A stretch of DNA of 64,000 bases from Caecitellus pseudoparvulus (GCA_965644315.1 CBFFRQ010000047.1:32756-96755); one strand, 5' to 3'. Counted from the stretch's first letter, positions 10,646 to 21,752 are shown. The notes: a model not told the origin generated them from the letters alone. Made by a program: numbers and translations.

Positions 10646-10789
10646 ACCTGATCAAGGCCACGGCGCAGGGCTGAGGCAGGGATTCCACTGGCCTGGCCGC
10701 CGCCAATGGCTTTGCTCTCCTTCACTCGGGGGAGTGCCCACGACCAGACACACCAAGCAGAAGGATCAGCCGACACGAAAATGCTGCAT

Positions 10790-12112
10790 TCACTGCGCTG
10801 CGCGCCAGACCACGTCCACCTCGTCGGTGCGGAAGCGCTGGGTGACCCATGACTCCGCCAAGCTGTGCGACACGCCGAACTGGTGGGCCTGGATGCCTGC
10901 CTGCGCGATCATGGCGCCGTTGTCAATGCAGTACCGGAAGTCCATGTCGAAGACCGACCCGCCTCTGTCCTTCACCATGGCCGCCATCATCTCCTGCAGC
11001 CGCTTGTTGCCTGCAAAGGGGAGGGGAGAGCTGTGTCGGCAAGGCAACGCAACGCAGCGCCGGCGCCTGGCGGCACGCACAGCCGACGCCCCCCACAATG
11101 AGGACCTCTTGCGCTCCAGAGTGCGCCATGGCCCGTTCTGTGATCTCCACTAGCATCGCAAACAGCGTCTCTTGCATGGAGAAGCAGAGGTCCGCACGGG
11201 AGACGCTGCCCGCCTTCAGCCCCTGCAAATACTTGCTCTTCGTGTACGTGACGATGCCAGAGAACGACACGTCCATGCCTTTCACCACGTAGGGCAGGTC
11301 TAGGAGCTTGCTCCCCCTGCGAGACCAGAGCGTGGCTGTGGTGCCTGGTCACCTGAGACAGCTGGGCTTGCACCGTCGCACGCACTTCTTTGCCTCCTGC
11401 TCGATGTTGTAGCCGGGCGAGGGGGCGTTGGGGAGCCCAACCAGGCGGGCAAACCTGTCCAAGCAATTCCCGATCGCGATGTCGATAGTCTCGCCGAAAA
11501 TGCGGTACCTGCGGTGCGGGACCATTTGGTGAAGGCATGGCTGCTGGATCAGCCGGCACGCCGGCCCACCCACCTGTGTTGGCTGTAACAGATGACCTGC
11601 GTGTTCCCACCCGAGACGTACAAGACAACTGGATTCACTGCTCCCGTCAACACGCGCCCCATCTCAATGTGCCCCACGCAGTGGTTCACACACACCAGCG
11701 GTACACGCCAGAGCTGCGAAAGCATGCGAGCCGCAACGGCGCAAGTCGTCAACGGCGCGCCCATGCCGGGACCTTTGGTGTAGCAAATGACATCCACATC
11801 ACTTGTCTTGAGCTTAGCTTCCGCGAGGGCCACCTTCACTAGAGGCACAACGTGCTGGGCGGGCAGCGAGGCTCAAGGTGACAGGCAAGGGCAAACCAGT
11901 TTCCGCAGCCAGCATCGTACCTTCTGGTGGTGCCACGCCGTCTCACGCGGCATAAACCCGGTGCCAGGAGGCGTGATGTACGTCTTTCTTGGGTTAGCCA
12001 GGATGTTGTACGACTCCCCATCCCACCGCACGATGCCCACGCCAACCTTGTTGGCGCTGCCCTCGATGCCCAGCGCCACCATGGGCTTGCCGGGGACGGC
12101 CAAGTTGGCCAT
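10790..12112 (-). CDS. OSGEP: tRNA N6-adenosine threonylcarbamoyltransferase Kae1/OSGEP (5 exons)
   Basis: Motifs [65 protein letters not shown]. They join in frame through GT-AG introns at 11855-11920, 11509-11573, 11317-11385 and 11011-11080. Confidence 0.96.
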
Positions 12113-12235
12113 GTTCAAGACTAGACCTTTCTCACAGCACAAAAATGTGGAAGAGAAGGGCACCACTTGGCAGGTATGTATGAATTTGACTGGGCACTCT
12201 GCACTGCTCGACTCCAGTCAGCGCAGCCAGCCTGG

Positions 12236-14041
12236 TCAAAGGGGCTTCGCCGCCAGCGCCTGCAGTGTGTTGAGCCCAGACTCTCTTCGTGCCGGAGGCA
12301 CACCCCCTCGAGCTGGAGGCGCACCCCCTCGGGCTGGAGACGCACCCCCTCGGGCTGGAGGCGCACCCCCTCGGGCTGGAGGCGCACCCCCTCGGGCTGG
12401 AGGCGCACCCCCTCGGGCTGGAGGCGCACCCCCTCGTGCTGGAGGCGCACCCCCTCGTGCTGGAGGCGCACCCCCTCGGGCCGGAGGCGCGCCCCCTCGG
12501 GCTGGAGGCGCACCCCCTCGGGCTGGAGGCGCGCCCCCTCGGGCTGGAGGCGCACCCCCTCCAGCAGTTCTTGAAGGGGGGGGTTGTGTGGGAGACTGCG
12601 TGCCCCCTGTGGAGCGCACTCCCGGCAAAGCAGGTGCCGCAGTGGCAGAGGGCGCTGTCGAGGGCACAGACTGAGGGGACGAACCTCTTTGAGCCGAGGC
12701 CCGGGCAGGCAGGGAGGCAGCCATCTGTCTGGCCGTCTGGTCCTCCAGGAACGTCGCGTAGGCAGCGCCAAGTCCCTGTGTGTGCAGGAACAGCAGCAGA
12801 GTGTCCTCCCGCTGGCGCAGGGCTGAAGCCTGATCAGCCACCGCTGTCTGGGCGGACTGCAAGGCAGCCACGTCGGCGGCTAGGTTGGCCTTGGCCGTCG
12901 TCACCTGAGCGTACAGGGCCTGCAGTTGCTCGTTCTCAGCAGTCAGCTGGGCCATCCAGCTGGACCGCTCCGAGAGCAGCGCGTCACGGTCGGCAGCTGC
13001 AGCCTCCGCGGCGGCATGTGCGGCCTGCAGCTGGGCCTGCAGGATGGCCACCGCCTGGGGGACGGTGGCCTGGTCCTGCTCCCCTCCAGCCACGGCGGCA
13101 GGTCCGGGCTGCTGCATGGCTGCGAGCTGGGCCTGCACTGACGTCAGGGCTTGCATGATCTCGGGACTGGGAGGGGCTGGCACAGACGGCGCTGGAATGC
13201 CGGGCGCTGAGCGCGGTGAGCCGTCAACAGCGCCATGCAGTGGAGGAGAGGCGGGGGCAGGGGATGCGGCCACGCTGCTGGCCTCTGAGGGACTGGCGGA
13301 GCTGCCGCCGCGAGGGCCATGCGACGCCAACACGGGGGACACCTCAAATGCGCGTCTGGGCAGGCTCTCTTGGTCCACCGTGTGCGGATCCAGCTGCTTG
13401 GCGTGGGGGGGCGGCGTGGTGGAGGGCGCGGGTGGCTGTGCCCGCGACTGCAAACCAGGCCCGCGAGGCTGCCGCGTGCGGGCAGCAGGGGATGGCGTCC
13501 GTGCCTTAAAGCGGCGGCTGTAGGCGCCATGATCTCCTGCCAGCGTCGCAGGGCTCCCGTGGGAGCTGGACATCTGCACCAAGGGGACGTGCAGGCGGCT
13601 GTGAGTATGCGGAAATTGGATGGAAGTTGCAGGGTGACGCACCGTCCGCCTGCCCTCCTCCTTCTTCTTGCGGGCCAGTTCCTTGCTGCGCTGGTTGATG
13701 CGGGGCTGAAAAGTACACTCCGTCAAGTCCTCTGCTGCCTGTCCCACTTTGGCCGCGTGCAGGCGCGTCTTGCGCGCGCGCGCTCGCTGCATCTCGCGAT
13801 TGTACAAGTGCACCCCGGCGTTGCGGTGCGCAGAGCGCGCAGGGCTGCGGGACTTGCCGCCCCCCTGGCTGGCAGCAGGCGTGCCCAGTCCTGCCTCATG
13901 AATCATCTTCGCCAGCTCTTCGTACGATGCCTCATGCCCGACGTCATCCCGCTGCAGAAACTGCTGGGTCAGCGCTTCAAGGGGATCGGGAACGGCCGGC
14001 GCCGCCCCGCCCCTGCCGGCGCCCCGCCGCATGGCAGACAT
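12236..14041 (-). CDS. Uncharacterised coiled-coil protein with an ECTFQPRIN motif and a C-terminal (GGAPPAR)n RGG/Pro repeat
   Basis: ATG at 14041 (MSAMRRG...). Probable in-frame 69-nt intron at 13574-13642 (GTGCGT...GTGCAG). Ala/Gln/Leu heptad region, then a repeat tail. Confidence 0.7.
   Translation of the reverse strand: MSAMRRGAGRGGAAPAVPDPLEALTQQFLQRDDVGHEASYEELAKMIHEAGLGTPAASQGGGKSRSPARSAHRNAGVHLYNREMQRARARKTRLHAAKVGQAAEDLTECTFQPRINQRSKELARKKKEEGRRTVRHPATSIQFPHTHSRLHVPLVQMSSSHGSPATLAGDHGAYSRRFKARTPSPAARTRQPRGPGLQSRAQPPAPSTTPPPHAKQLDPHTVDQESLPRRAFEVSPVLASHGPRGGSSASPSEASSVAASPAPASPPLHGAVDGSPRSAPGIPAPSVPAPPSPEIMQALTSVQAQLAAMQQPGPAAVAGGEQDQATVPQAVAILQAQLQAAHAAAEAAAADRDALLSERSSWMAQLTAENEQLQALYAQVTTAKANLAADVAALQSAQTAVADQASALRQREDTLLLFLHTQGLGAAYATFLEDQTARQMAASLPARASAQRGSSPQSVPSTAPSATAAPALPGVRSTGGTQSPTQPPPSRTAGGGAPPARGGAPPARGGAPPARGGAPPARGGAPPARGGAPPARGGAPPARGGAPPARGGAPPARGGAPPARGGASPARGGAPPARGGVPPARRESGLNTLQALAAKPL
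12294..12563. repeat. 21-bp coding minisatellite, about 13 copies (consensus GGAGGCGCACCCCCTCGGGCT)
   Basis: Directly visible tandem units from 12294, with the last unit starting at 12546. Confidence 0.97.
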
Positions 14042-14457
14042 GTGAGAGTGCACTGGTGGGGTGGGAGTGCTGTGGCTGGTGTGCGCAGAGAGGGCAAGGA
14101 GTCGTGCGTCGCGCGCGGATGTGGGAGCCGACCGGCGCCGCCACTCAGCAGCCGGAGGGGCCCTCCACGCCACTTGAACCCCCCCACACAAGCCCCACCC
14201 ACACGAAGGTGGGGCTAGCAGCAGCGCCGGCAGCTCTCCTCAGCTAGGCTCACATTCCACCACACACACATTGCCTTCCCCGCGTCCCAGAGGCCTAGCA
14301 CCCTGTTGTGAACCAGTACGTACTGCAATGCAGCCTGGCGTGTGCGGCGGAGACGCCGAGACTTGCCAGCAGCACGCGCCCTCTGCTCCTGACTGCCCTC
14401 CCGCACGACGCACCCCTTCCCTCCCCTCACCAGGCTCCCATCCTACCACTCATCACC

Positions 14458-15320
14458 ATGGCTGATCTTACCGTCGAGGCTGTCGTCTCTGGTGCGTGCA
14501 TCTGCGCTGGCGCCCCGGGCAGCTGCAGTGCACTGCACCTTGCCGCGGCTCAAGTGCAGGTGCCTCCCAGACCGTGCCTGTGCGCGCTGGTGAGCTGAAG
14601 AAGGGCCACTACGTCATGCTGAAGGACCACCCTTGCAAGGTGCGTGTCCAAGAGCGCCTGGGGCAGCTGCCTGTGGCCCAGTCCTGACAGCCCAGGAACA
14701 CAAACCGCCGCCGCCCGCCCTCCGCGACGTGTGCTGCGTGGGCCCCCTTCACCCGCTCTTGCCTCGCTCCACTGCAGGTCATTGAGCTGACCACCTCCAA
14801 GACCGGCAAGGTGAGCGCTGCGCCCGCGCGCGCGACACGTGCCTCGGCCTCTGCATCGGCAGCGTTTTTCACTGCCTGCCTCCACTCCCTCTTCAGCACG
14901 GTCACGCCAAGGCCAACATCACCGGCGTGGACATTTTCACCGGGAACAAGTACATGGATGTGTCCCCCACCTCCCACACCATGAGCGCCCCTGTCGGTGA
15001 GTGCCTCGACGACCAGGTGCTTGCTGGTGGGCGCCTCAGCCATGCACTCTGCGCCCCCTCCTCCGCCTTGACCAGTCACCCCCACTGAGTGGACCCTGCT
15101 GGATGTCAACACCGAGGACGTGAACGCCGATGGCCACTACGCCACCATGCTGCAGAACGCAGAGGGCGAGTCCCGCGAGGACCTCTTCCTGCCCACTGGC
15201 GAGGAGTACGAGAAGATGATGGAGGACTTCGAGTCTGGTGAGCTGGAGATCACCGTGACTGTCCTGTCCGCATGCGGCACCGACAAGATCATGCCCCAGT
15301 ACAAGTCCAACAAGGCCTAA
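14458..15320 (+). CDS. EIF5A: Translation factor eIF5A (5 exons)
   Basis: Exons 14458-14491, 14560-14639, 14778-14810, 14897-14996 and 15076-15320 splice to ...[31 protein letters not shown]..., which contains the hypusine motif [10 protein letters not shown]. Confidence 0.96.
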
Positions 15321-15581
15321 AGTGCTGTGAAGGCCCCCCCCCGGCCGACAGTCTGGACCCCTCGAGCTACCTGGCACGTGCCAGTGGCGCGGGATGAATG
15401 CAATGCGGCAGCGGGGCAAAACACTCAAGTCACTGACACCATCACATTCGCTTCGCCCCCCTGCATGCTGGCTGCGCGGCTCCCCAACCTTGGCGCCTGC
15501 GTCCTGCGCGGCTGCTCCTTCTCAAACGACCTGCGCACGAGTGCACTTGCGGGAAGCCAGCCGTGCACCCCCTGCCTGCTC

Positions 15582-18197
15582 ATGGCAGGCATGGAGGCTT
15601 CCACGCCCCGCATCCAGAAGCTTGATCAAACAGTTGTGAATCGCATTGCAGGTGCGTGCGCCTGCACGCTGCTGGGCCCCCAGGCTTCCGCTCAGCGCCC
15701 TTGCGAAGGGGGAGCAAGTTCCGCAGCACTCCCTTGCGCGTTTTAATGTCCCCCCTCCCGCAGCGGGAGAAGTCGTCCACCGCCCCGCCTCAGCGCTGAA
15801 GGAGATGATTGAAAACTGTCTTGACGCGGGGGCGACGTCCATCGCTGTGACTGTGGAAGGCGGCGGCATGAAGTACCTGCGCGTCGCAGACAACGGGCAC
15901 GGCATCAAGGTGCGCCACACGCAGCTCTTGCCGTGCGAAGCCCCTGGCCATCCACACACCCCCCCCCCACGCGCGCGCGCGCTCCTCCCTTTCTTGGCCA
16001 GAAGGAGGACATGCACATCGTCTGCCAGCGCTTCACGACAAGCAAGCTGCAGGCCTTCGAAGACTTGGAGTCCATTGCCACCTACGGCTTCCGTGGGGAG
16101 GCGCTGGCCAGCATCAGCCACATCGCCCATGTGACCATCACGTCACGGACACCCAAAGCACCCTGTGCATTCATGGGGCGGTATGCAGACGGCGCCATGG
16201 TGACGGCAGCAGGCGCCCCAGCAAGTAAACCCACGCCTTGCGCCGGCAACACCGGCACGACAGTCACGGTGGAGGACATGTTCTACAACGTCCCTACCCG
16301 GCTACGAGCCCTGCGCTCAGCGTCAGACGAGTACAGGCGCATCCTAGACGTCGTGCAGCGGTATGCTGTGCACGCAGCTGCGCGGGGCGCCGCCTTCTCA
16401 TGCAAGAAGCGGGGTGGGGCCGCCGCCGACGTGCTCACACTGCCCGACAGCACCACCAAGCAGGCAATCGGGGCCCTGTACGGCGCGCCCATCGCAGGCG
16501 CCCTCATGAACGTCGCCATCACCTCAGACGCCGGCCAGGGCAGCCAGGACGAGGCGCCCGTCTTCACCGCCAAGGGCCTGGCCACGCAGGGCACCTTCAG
16601 CACCAAGACCTTCACCCTTATCCTCTTCATCAACCACCGCCTCGTCAGCTGCCCCAGCATCAAGCGGGCCATCGAGGCTGCCTACGTGGAGTACTTGCCC
16701 AAGCGCCGGTACCCGTTCGTGTACTTGTCCCTGGAGCTGCCCCCGGCCACCGTGGACGTGAACGTGCACCCCACCAAGCGGGAGGTGCACTTCCTGCACG
16801 AAGACGCCATCGTAGCAGCGTTGTTTGATCATTTTAGGGGCCTCCTAGCTGGTGGCAACGCCTCTCGCTCCTTCGCAACCCAGTCAGCCCTGCCGTTCAC
16901 GGGCACTGCGCTGCCTGGGTCCACCCCCGCCGACACCAGCGCGGACACCAGCTCCCTCTCCACCGCGACACCAGTGGCGCCCAGCCACAAGGTGCGCGTG
17001 GACTCCCGGGAGCAGCGCCTGGACGACTTCTTCACACAGACTGCCCCCGACACGCAGCGGGGTGCCGACCAGCCTGCCACGGGCGCTGCCGGCTCCCACC
17101 ACACCGCTCATGCCAGCGGGTGTGGCTGCGCCAGCGAGGGCGGGGGCAAGTACGACTTCGTGGCCACGTATGTCGAGGCATCCGTGAACAACACTGACCC
17201 TGCCCTGGCTGCCGCCAAGGCTGCCTCTCCTGGCAGGGTGGGGGGGAGCAAGCGGCCGCCGCCGGCCGGACACGACTCCGTGGTGGCGACGCGCTCAGCC
17301 AAGCGCTGCCGCCCCGCGTACATGAAGGCGGTGGAGCTCGCCTCCGTGCAGGCGCTGCTGAAGGACATCGCCCGCGACACGCACCGGGAGCTGCACGCGG
17401 CACTGCGCCACCACGCCTTTGTGGGCGTGGTGGACGCACACCACTCCCTGCTGCAGGCCGGCACCAAGCTGCTGCTGGTGGCCCACACCACCCTCGCACA
17501 GGAGATGTTCTACCAGCAGGCAATCCGCCTCTTCTCCAACAACATCTCCTTCGCCCTGCAGCCGGCCCCCAGCGTGAGGCGCCTCCTACGCCGTGCCCTG
17601 GCAGACCCCACCCTGGTGCAGGCGCCCGCCGCACCGCCCGCCAGCCTGGCGCAGCAGGGCGAAGCCTTGCTCCTGCAGCACGCCCCCATGCTGGCAGAGT
17701 ACTTCGGCTTGCACATCGGCAAGCCACCTGGGGACGAGGCGGCGGACGTGGTGGTGCTTGCATTGCCCCGCCTGGCTGACGGCCACACCCCTGAGCCTCG
17801 CAGCCTGCCGGGCCTCCTGGCAGACCTGGTGTGGAAGGTGGACTGGAGCGAGGAGCTGCCCTGCTTGAAAGGCGTGGCCACGGCGCTGGGCAAGGCCTAC
17901 GCTCAGCTGCCGCCACTTCGCGGGGTGGGGTCACCTGCGGCAGTTGTGCGTGACCCGGGGCAGCCCCAACCCCCCCACAAGGACAGCCAGCAGAGGGACA
18001 TCCGCGCAGTGGCTGAGGGCGATGCACAAGGCGAAGCAGCCCGGGCGGACCCTACAGGGGGCTGCTGGGTCATTGGCAACGTCCTCTTCCCAGCCATGCG
18101 CTCCGGCTGCTGCCCCAGCAAAGCAGCAGCGGCAGCCGGCAGTGCCCTGCAGGTGGCGTGCACCGAGCAGCTGTACCGCATCTTCGAACGGTGTTAA
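15582..18197 (+). CDS. MLH1: DNA mismatch repair protein MLH1 (3 exons)
   Basis: Motifs [64 protein letters not shown], and the diagnostic C-terminal FERC*. Introns at 15652-15763 and 15910-16001. Confidence 0.96.
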
Positions 18198-18721
18198 AAC
18201 TCCCACCCCAAGGCCTTGCTGGCAGCACCCTCTACCGCTGCCCGGAACGCGGCGCTGTCAATGTACCCTTCCATGCTCTGCAGCGGATTCATGCACGCCT
18301 TCGTGACCAGCTCGCGCAGCGTGGCGGCAAGGGCAGGCACCTTGCTTTCCAAGCCAGAAGTGTGCAGCACTAGGATGTCCATGCTGGGCGTAATGGAGGC
18401 AGAGATGAAGCGCTCGTTGAAACGCTCCATGGCTTTCAAGTCCCTGCGTCGTGGAGCACTTGCCGTGCCTGACCGCAGCAAAGCCGGTTCGCATCCCCCC
18501 ACTCACATAGCAGCGTTCGTCCATCGCACAGCATCCACTGTGTCCAGAGATGAGTGAAGGAGCAGTTCTGCTGTCCGCCCAGCACCCTCCTGAGGGTCGC
18601 AGACAGGTTGTGACAATGAGCCATGGAAACGAAACGGAGCTGAAACGCGGCCACTCACCTCATCACTTGCTGTTTTCAGAAGGAACACAGGGGACCCCTT
18701 CCGAACAATGGCGAGAGCCAT
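18194..18721 (-). CDS. TRAPPC2: TRAPP complex subunit 2 (sedlin/Trs20)-like (3 exons)
   Basis: Spliced product MALAIVRKGSPVF...LLLHSSLDTVDAVRW...MDLKAMERFNERFISASIT...MNPL...IDSAAF follows the sedlin pattern (HAALD / LK.VDKFNE / MNPF). Introns at 18590-18658 and 18444-18506. Confidence 0.8.
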
Positions 18722-19171
18722 GTCTGCCTTGCGTGTGGTGAACTGCTGCAAGGCAGGGCAACCAACTGACCCTGTGCAGACGCCAGGAATTGTGCTGCTG
18801 GTGCGGGATTGGTGATCGTCCGCCGGGCTCACCGTGAAGCACCGCGTGGCAAGCCTTACAGTGCCTAGACTGGGAAGTGCAAGCAATGTTTGCTGCTCAG
18901 GACGAGGTCTTGCAGGTTTGGCGCTTCACCCAGAGTGCGTCTGCAACCCGGCACACCCTGCCATGTGCGGCCAAAACAAAAGACCGCTTGCAGATTCCCG
19001 GCTTACACGAACTTGGCCTCCTCTTCACTTGTCACGCCCTGCTTGGACTCAAGGTGAGGCCTGCTTCGTCAGCCCCACCCCGCGTGCAGCTTGAGCCACT
19101 TCCTGACGCACGCACTTCAGCTCCTTTCCACTCCCCTTGAACCTACTTCAGCCCCCACACACCCAGCCCCT

Positions 19172-19848
19172 ATGGCGGCCAGTGTCATTGTATTTGCTCG
19201 GAGAGCTGTGGCGGCCGCAAGGCCCCAAGGCTTGCAGCGAGCCGTACGAATGTGCAGCTCGGTGCCAGCCCCTGACGTCATTGCTGCCAAGGACTCTCAA
19301 CTGCGAGAGCAGCACTACTCGCTGCCGAAGAGTGTTCCAGAACATGCTTTCGACGGAGATGTGGAGATCACAGTGGATGACCTGTTCCGCAAGCGCCTCA
19401 TTTACCGCGCAAAGCAGCGGGGATGGTGAGGCGGCGTTTCGCGTTTCGGCATCCGTCCTTCCCCCCGCAACTCCCCATTCTAAACGAACGCCCACTTGCA
19501 GGCTGGAGGTGGACCTTATCTTGGGCTCCTGGGCCAATGAAGAGGTGCCCCGCCTCAGCGAGGCTGAGCTCATGCAGTTCCACGACATCTTGAAGCTGGA
19601 GACGGTGGACGTGTACAACTTCCTCACAGGCCGAGACGCGGTGCCAGAGGTGAGCCCCTTGCGAGGCCCAGCTGCCTGGAACTCTCGCATGTCAGTTCAT
19701 TATCAGGCTCACGGCGACCTCCCGCTTCCCCTCGCAGGCGCTGAACACCCCCGTCATGCAGAGCATCATGCGGTATGCGAAGTCTGCTCCTGTGGGTCAT
19801 GCCTCCCCAGAAGGATACATGAAGGTGAAGGCCGGGATGAGCAATTGA
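19172..19848 (+). CDS. SDHAF2: Succinate dehydrogenase assembly factor 2 (Sdh5), mitochondrial (3 exons)
   Basis: Arg/Ala-rich transit-like N-terminus, then RKRLIYRAKQRGWLEVDLILG. Introns at 19426-19501 and 19650-19737. Confidence 0.92.
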
Positions 19849-20086
19849 ATACCTTCATGCCCTGTGTCTTCCACTCTCCTGCGCGCCAACGCATGACCAG
19901 CTGTGCCGGCCGTGACGCTCGGCCAACATCGCGTCTGGAAAACGACAGCCACGTGCCCTACAGTTTAGGCAGGCAGAAGAAATGCAGCGCGTGCAAGTGC
20001 ACAGGCTGCAGCACTTCGTCTGAGGTGCCTCCCCCCATGCACCCTCCCATGCAACGTGCGAGGAGCAGGTTGTGCTGGAATCGGTG

Positions 20087-20329
20087 TCACTGCTCTGCTT
20101 CCTCCTCATCTTCAAACATGGCTTCAAGCTCATCAGGATCGTACACCACCTTGATTTGCAGGCTACAAGAGGGGCAGCGAGCGATTTCCTCCCCGTCCAT
20201 CAACTCATCCACCGTGATCACGAAGCGATCGCCACAAGGACAGGGGTAGGTGAACACCTGCCGGTCTTCGTCGAACGTCATGTCCTCGATTTCCACGTCG
20301 TCGTAGATGTTGGCCCCAGCCCCCGACAT
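20087..20329 (-). CDS. DPH3: Diphthamide biosynthesis protein 3 / Kti11 (CSL zinc finger)
   Basis: [10 protein letters not shown]...YPCPCGDRF...[15 protein letters not shown], 80 aa, single exon. Confidence 0.96.
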   Translation of the reverse strand: MSGAGANIYDDVEIEDMTFDEDRQVFTYPCPCGDRFVITVDELMDGEEIARCPSCSLQIKVVYDPDELEAMFEDEEEAEQ

Positions 20330-20756
20330 GGTGCATTAACTCCAAAACGAATCGATGCGAGGCGTGCCCTGTCCTCTTAAGGGGCACACTGTGTGTCGCT
20401 GCGTGTGCTGGCTGCGCTGAAACGCCGTGGAAACCCCGCCGCTTTCCTTGGGCACTACGATCAGCCACGCGCCTGGGCAGGGCAAAAAGCCCTCTTTCGC
20501 AGCCCACAAGGATCTTCGTGTTCTCATCCACCTGGTACTTACAAGATTTGCTTGGTTTAGGGGCTGAGTGGTTTTGCCTCGCCGGCAGCATTGCCATGGA
20601 TGCACGGGTGATTCGCAACAGGCGGCACGCTACACAACCCCCGCGCCGTGCTGAGGCTGTGCGGAATCATGCTGCGCCACTTCACAGCACCCCCACACAT
20701 GTACCCACACGTACTCAGCCGGAACAGCTTGCGCTGCGCAGTAGACGCGAGACAGC

Positions 20757-21752
20757 ATGGCTGCTCGCCAAGCAGCAGCGTCCACTGCTGAGTGCTCCCT
20801 TTCTTGGGCCCCTTGCTCTGCCGAAGCCAGCTGTGCACACTGCACTTGGGGCAGAGTGTTGCAGGGGTGGCAGCCAGGCCTCAGTGACGGCGGTTGCCTC
20901 GGCTGCTCAGCAGAGCGCTTGGGCCGGGCAGCAACTTCTCTGGCAGCCCTGTACAGGCTGCATGGCGATTCGTGGGTGGACAGGCCCGGGGCCCTGCACC
21001 TGGCCATCATCGGCATAGATGAGCAAGAAGGTTCTTGCCCAGAGGACTTCTTGGCCCTGCACATTGGGCCGATGGTCCAGCACTTGTGCTCCGTCGGCGC
21101 ACGGCTGGAAGCGCTGCATGTTCACGCTGTGGGGCCGTGCCTGCCCTGGGCCAGCAGCAGCTGCGAGACATTCCAGGCATCTGTCAGCACGAGAGCAGGC
21201 GCATCCACGAGTGTTACATGGTCTGAGCGTGGCTCTTCGCCACCTCGAACATTCCTCTCCCCGAGCGCCCCGGCATTGGACCCTGCGGTATTTGGTTCCC
21301 AACTCAAGTTCCGCTCTGCTCCGGCAGGCGAGGAACCCGAGACTGCGCAGCTTGAGGTGCACCTGCGCTCCTCAAGGAGTGGTTGGGAAGGCTATGCTGA
21401 TCAGTGGGCTTCCCGAGAGCCTGGTTGCGAAGACCCTCGCACCAGCACGTCCCTGCTCCTTGCTCCAAACGCCGGGTTGTGGGGCTATGACTCTTGGGAC
21501 GCGGCCTTGCAACGAATGCTTTCAGAGGCAAGCCAGTCATTCCATGCTGTGTTCACAGCCTACAGCTTCACAGAGTGCGAGGAGGACGAAGAAAAACTGC
21601 TGCGGGAAGCGGGGCGGCTGAAAACCTCCCTGCGCCAAGCCTGGGAGCCAGAGCCAAACCCTTTTGGTGCAACGCATGTCGCCGACGACAAGTACGGCGT
21701 CGTCAATAACCACCACTGGCAGTGCATTACTGTGGGAAATGCAACAGTGTGA
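20757..21752 (+). CDS. MSS51-like C-terminal domain protein (putative)
   Basis: 331-aa ORF with LHVHAVGP, NAGLWGYDSW, VFTAYSFTECEED, EPNPF and NNHHW motifs, in the order I recall for MSS51/ZMYND15-type C-terminal domains. Confidence 0.6.
   Translation: MAARQAAASTAECSLSWAPCSAEASCAHCTWGRVLQGWQPGLSDGGCLGCSAERLGRAATSLAALYRLHGDSWVDRPGALHLAIIGIDEQEGSCPEDFLALHIGPMVQHLCSVGARLEALHVHAVGPCLPWASSSCETFQASVSTRAGASTSVTWSERGSSPPRTFLSPSAPALDPAVFGSQLKFRSAPAGEEPETAQLEVHLRSSRSGWEGYADQWASREPGCEDPRTSTSLLLAPNAGLWGYDSWDAALQRMLSEASQSFHAVFTAYSFTECEEDEEKLLREAGRLKTSLRQAWEPEPNPFGATHVADDKYGVVNNHHWQCITVGNATV

Noticed and set aside
9384-11153. 589-aa plus-strand ORF, and similar long antisense ORFs at 53005-54681 and 58053-59930
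   Set aside because: They lie antisense to well-supported genes in very GC-rich DNA where stops are rare, and have no recognisable motifs.
12294-12563. CRISPR array
   Set aside because: The units are head-to-tail with no unique spacers, lie in a coding frame, and there are no cas genes in this eukaryotic context.
11787-12674. Plus-strand gene encoding (GGAPPRA)n
   Set aside because: It overlaps OSGEP exons antisense and has no independent support; the minus-strand frame continues a longer coherent protein.
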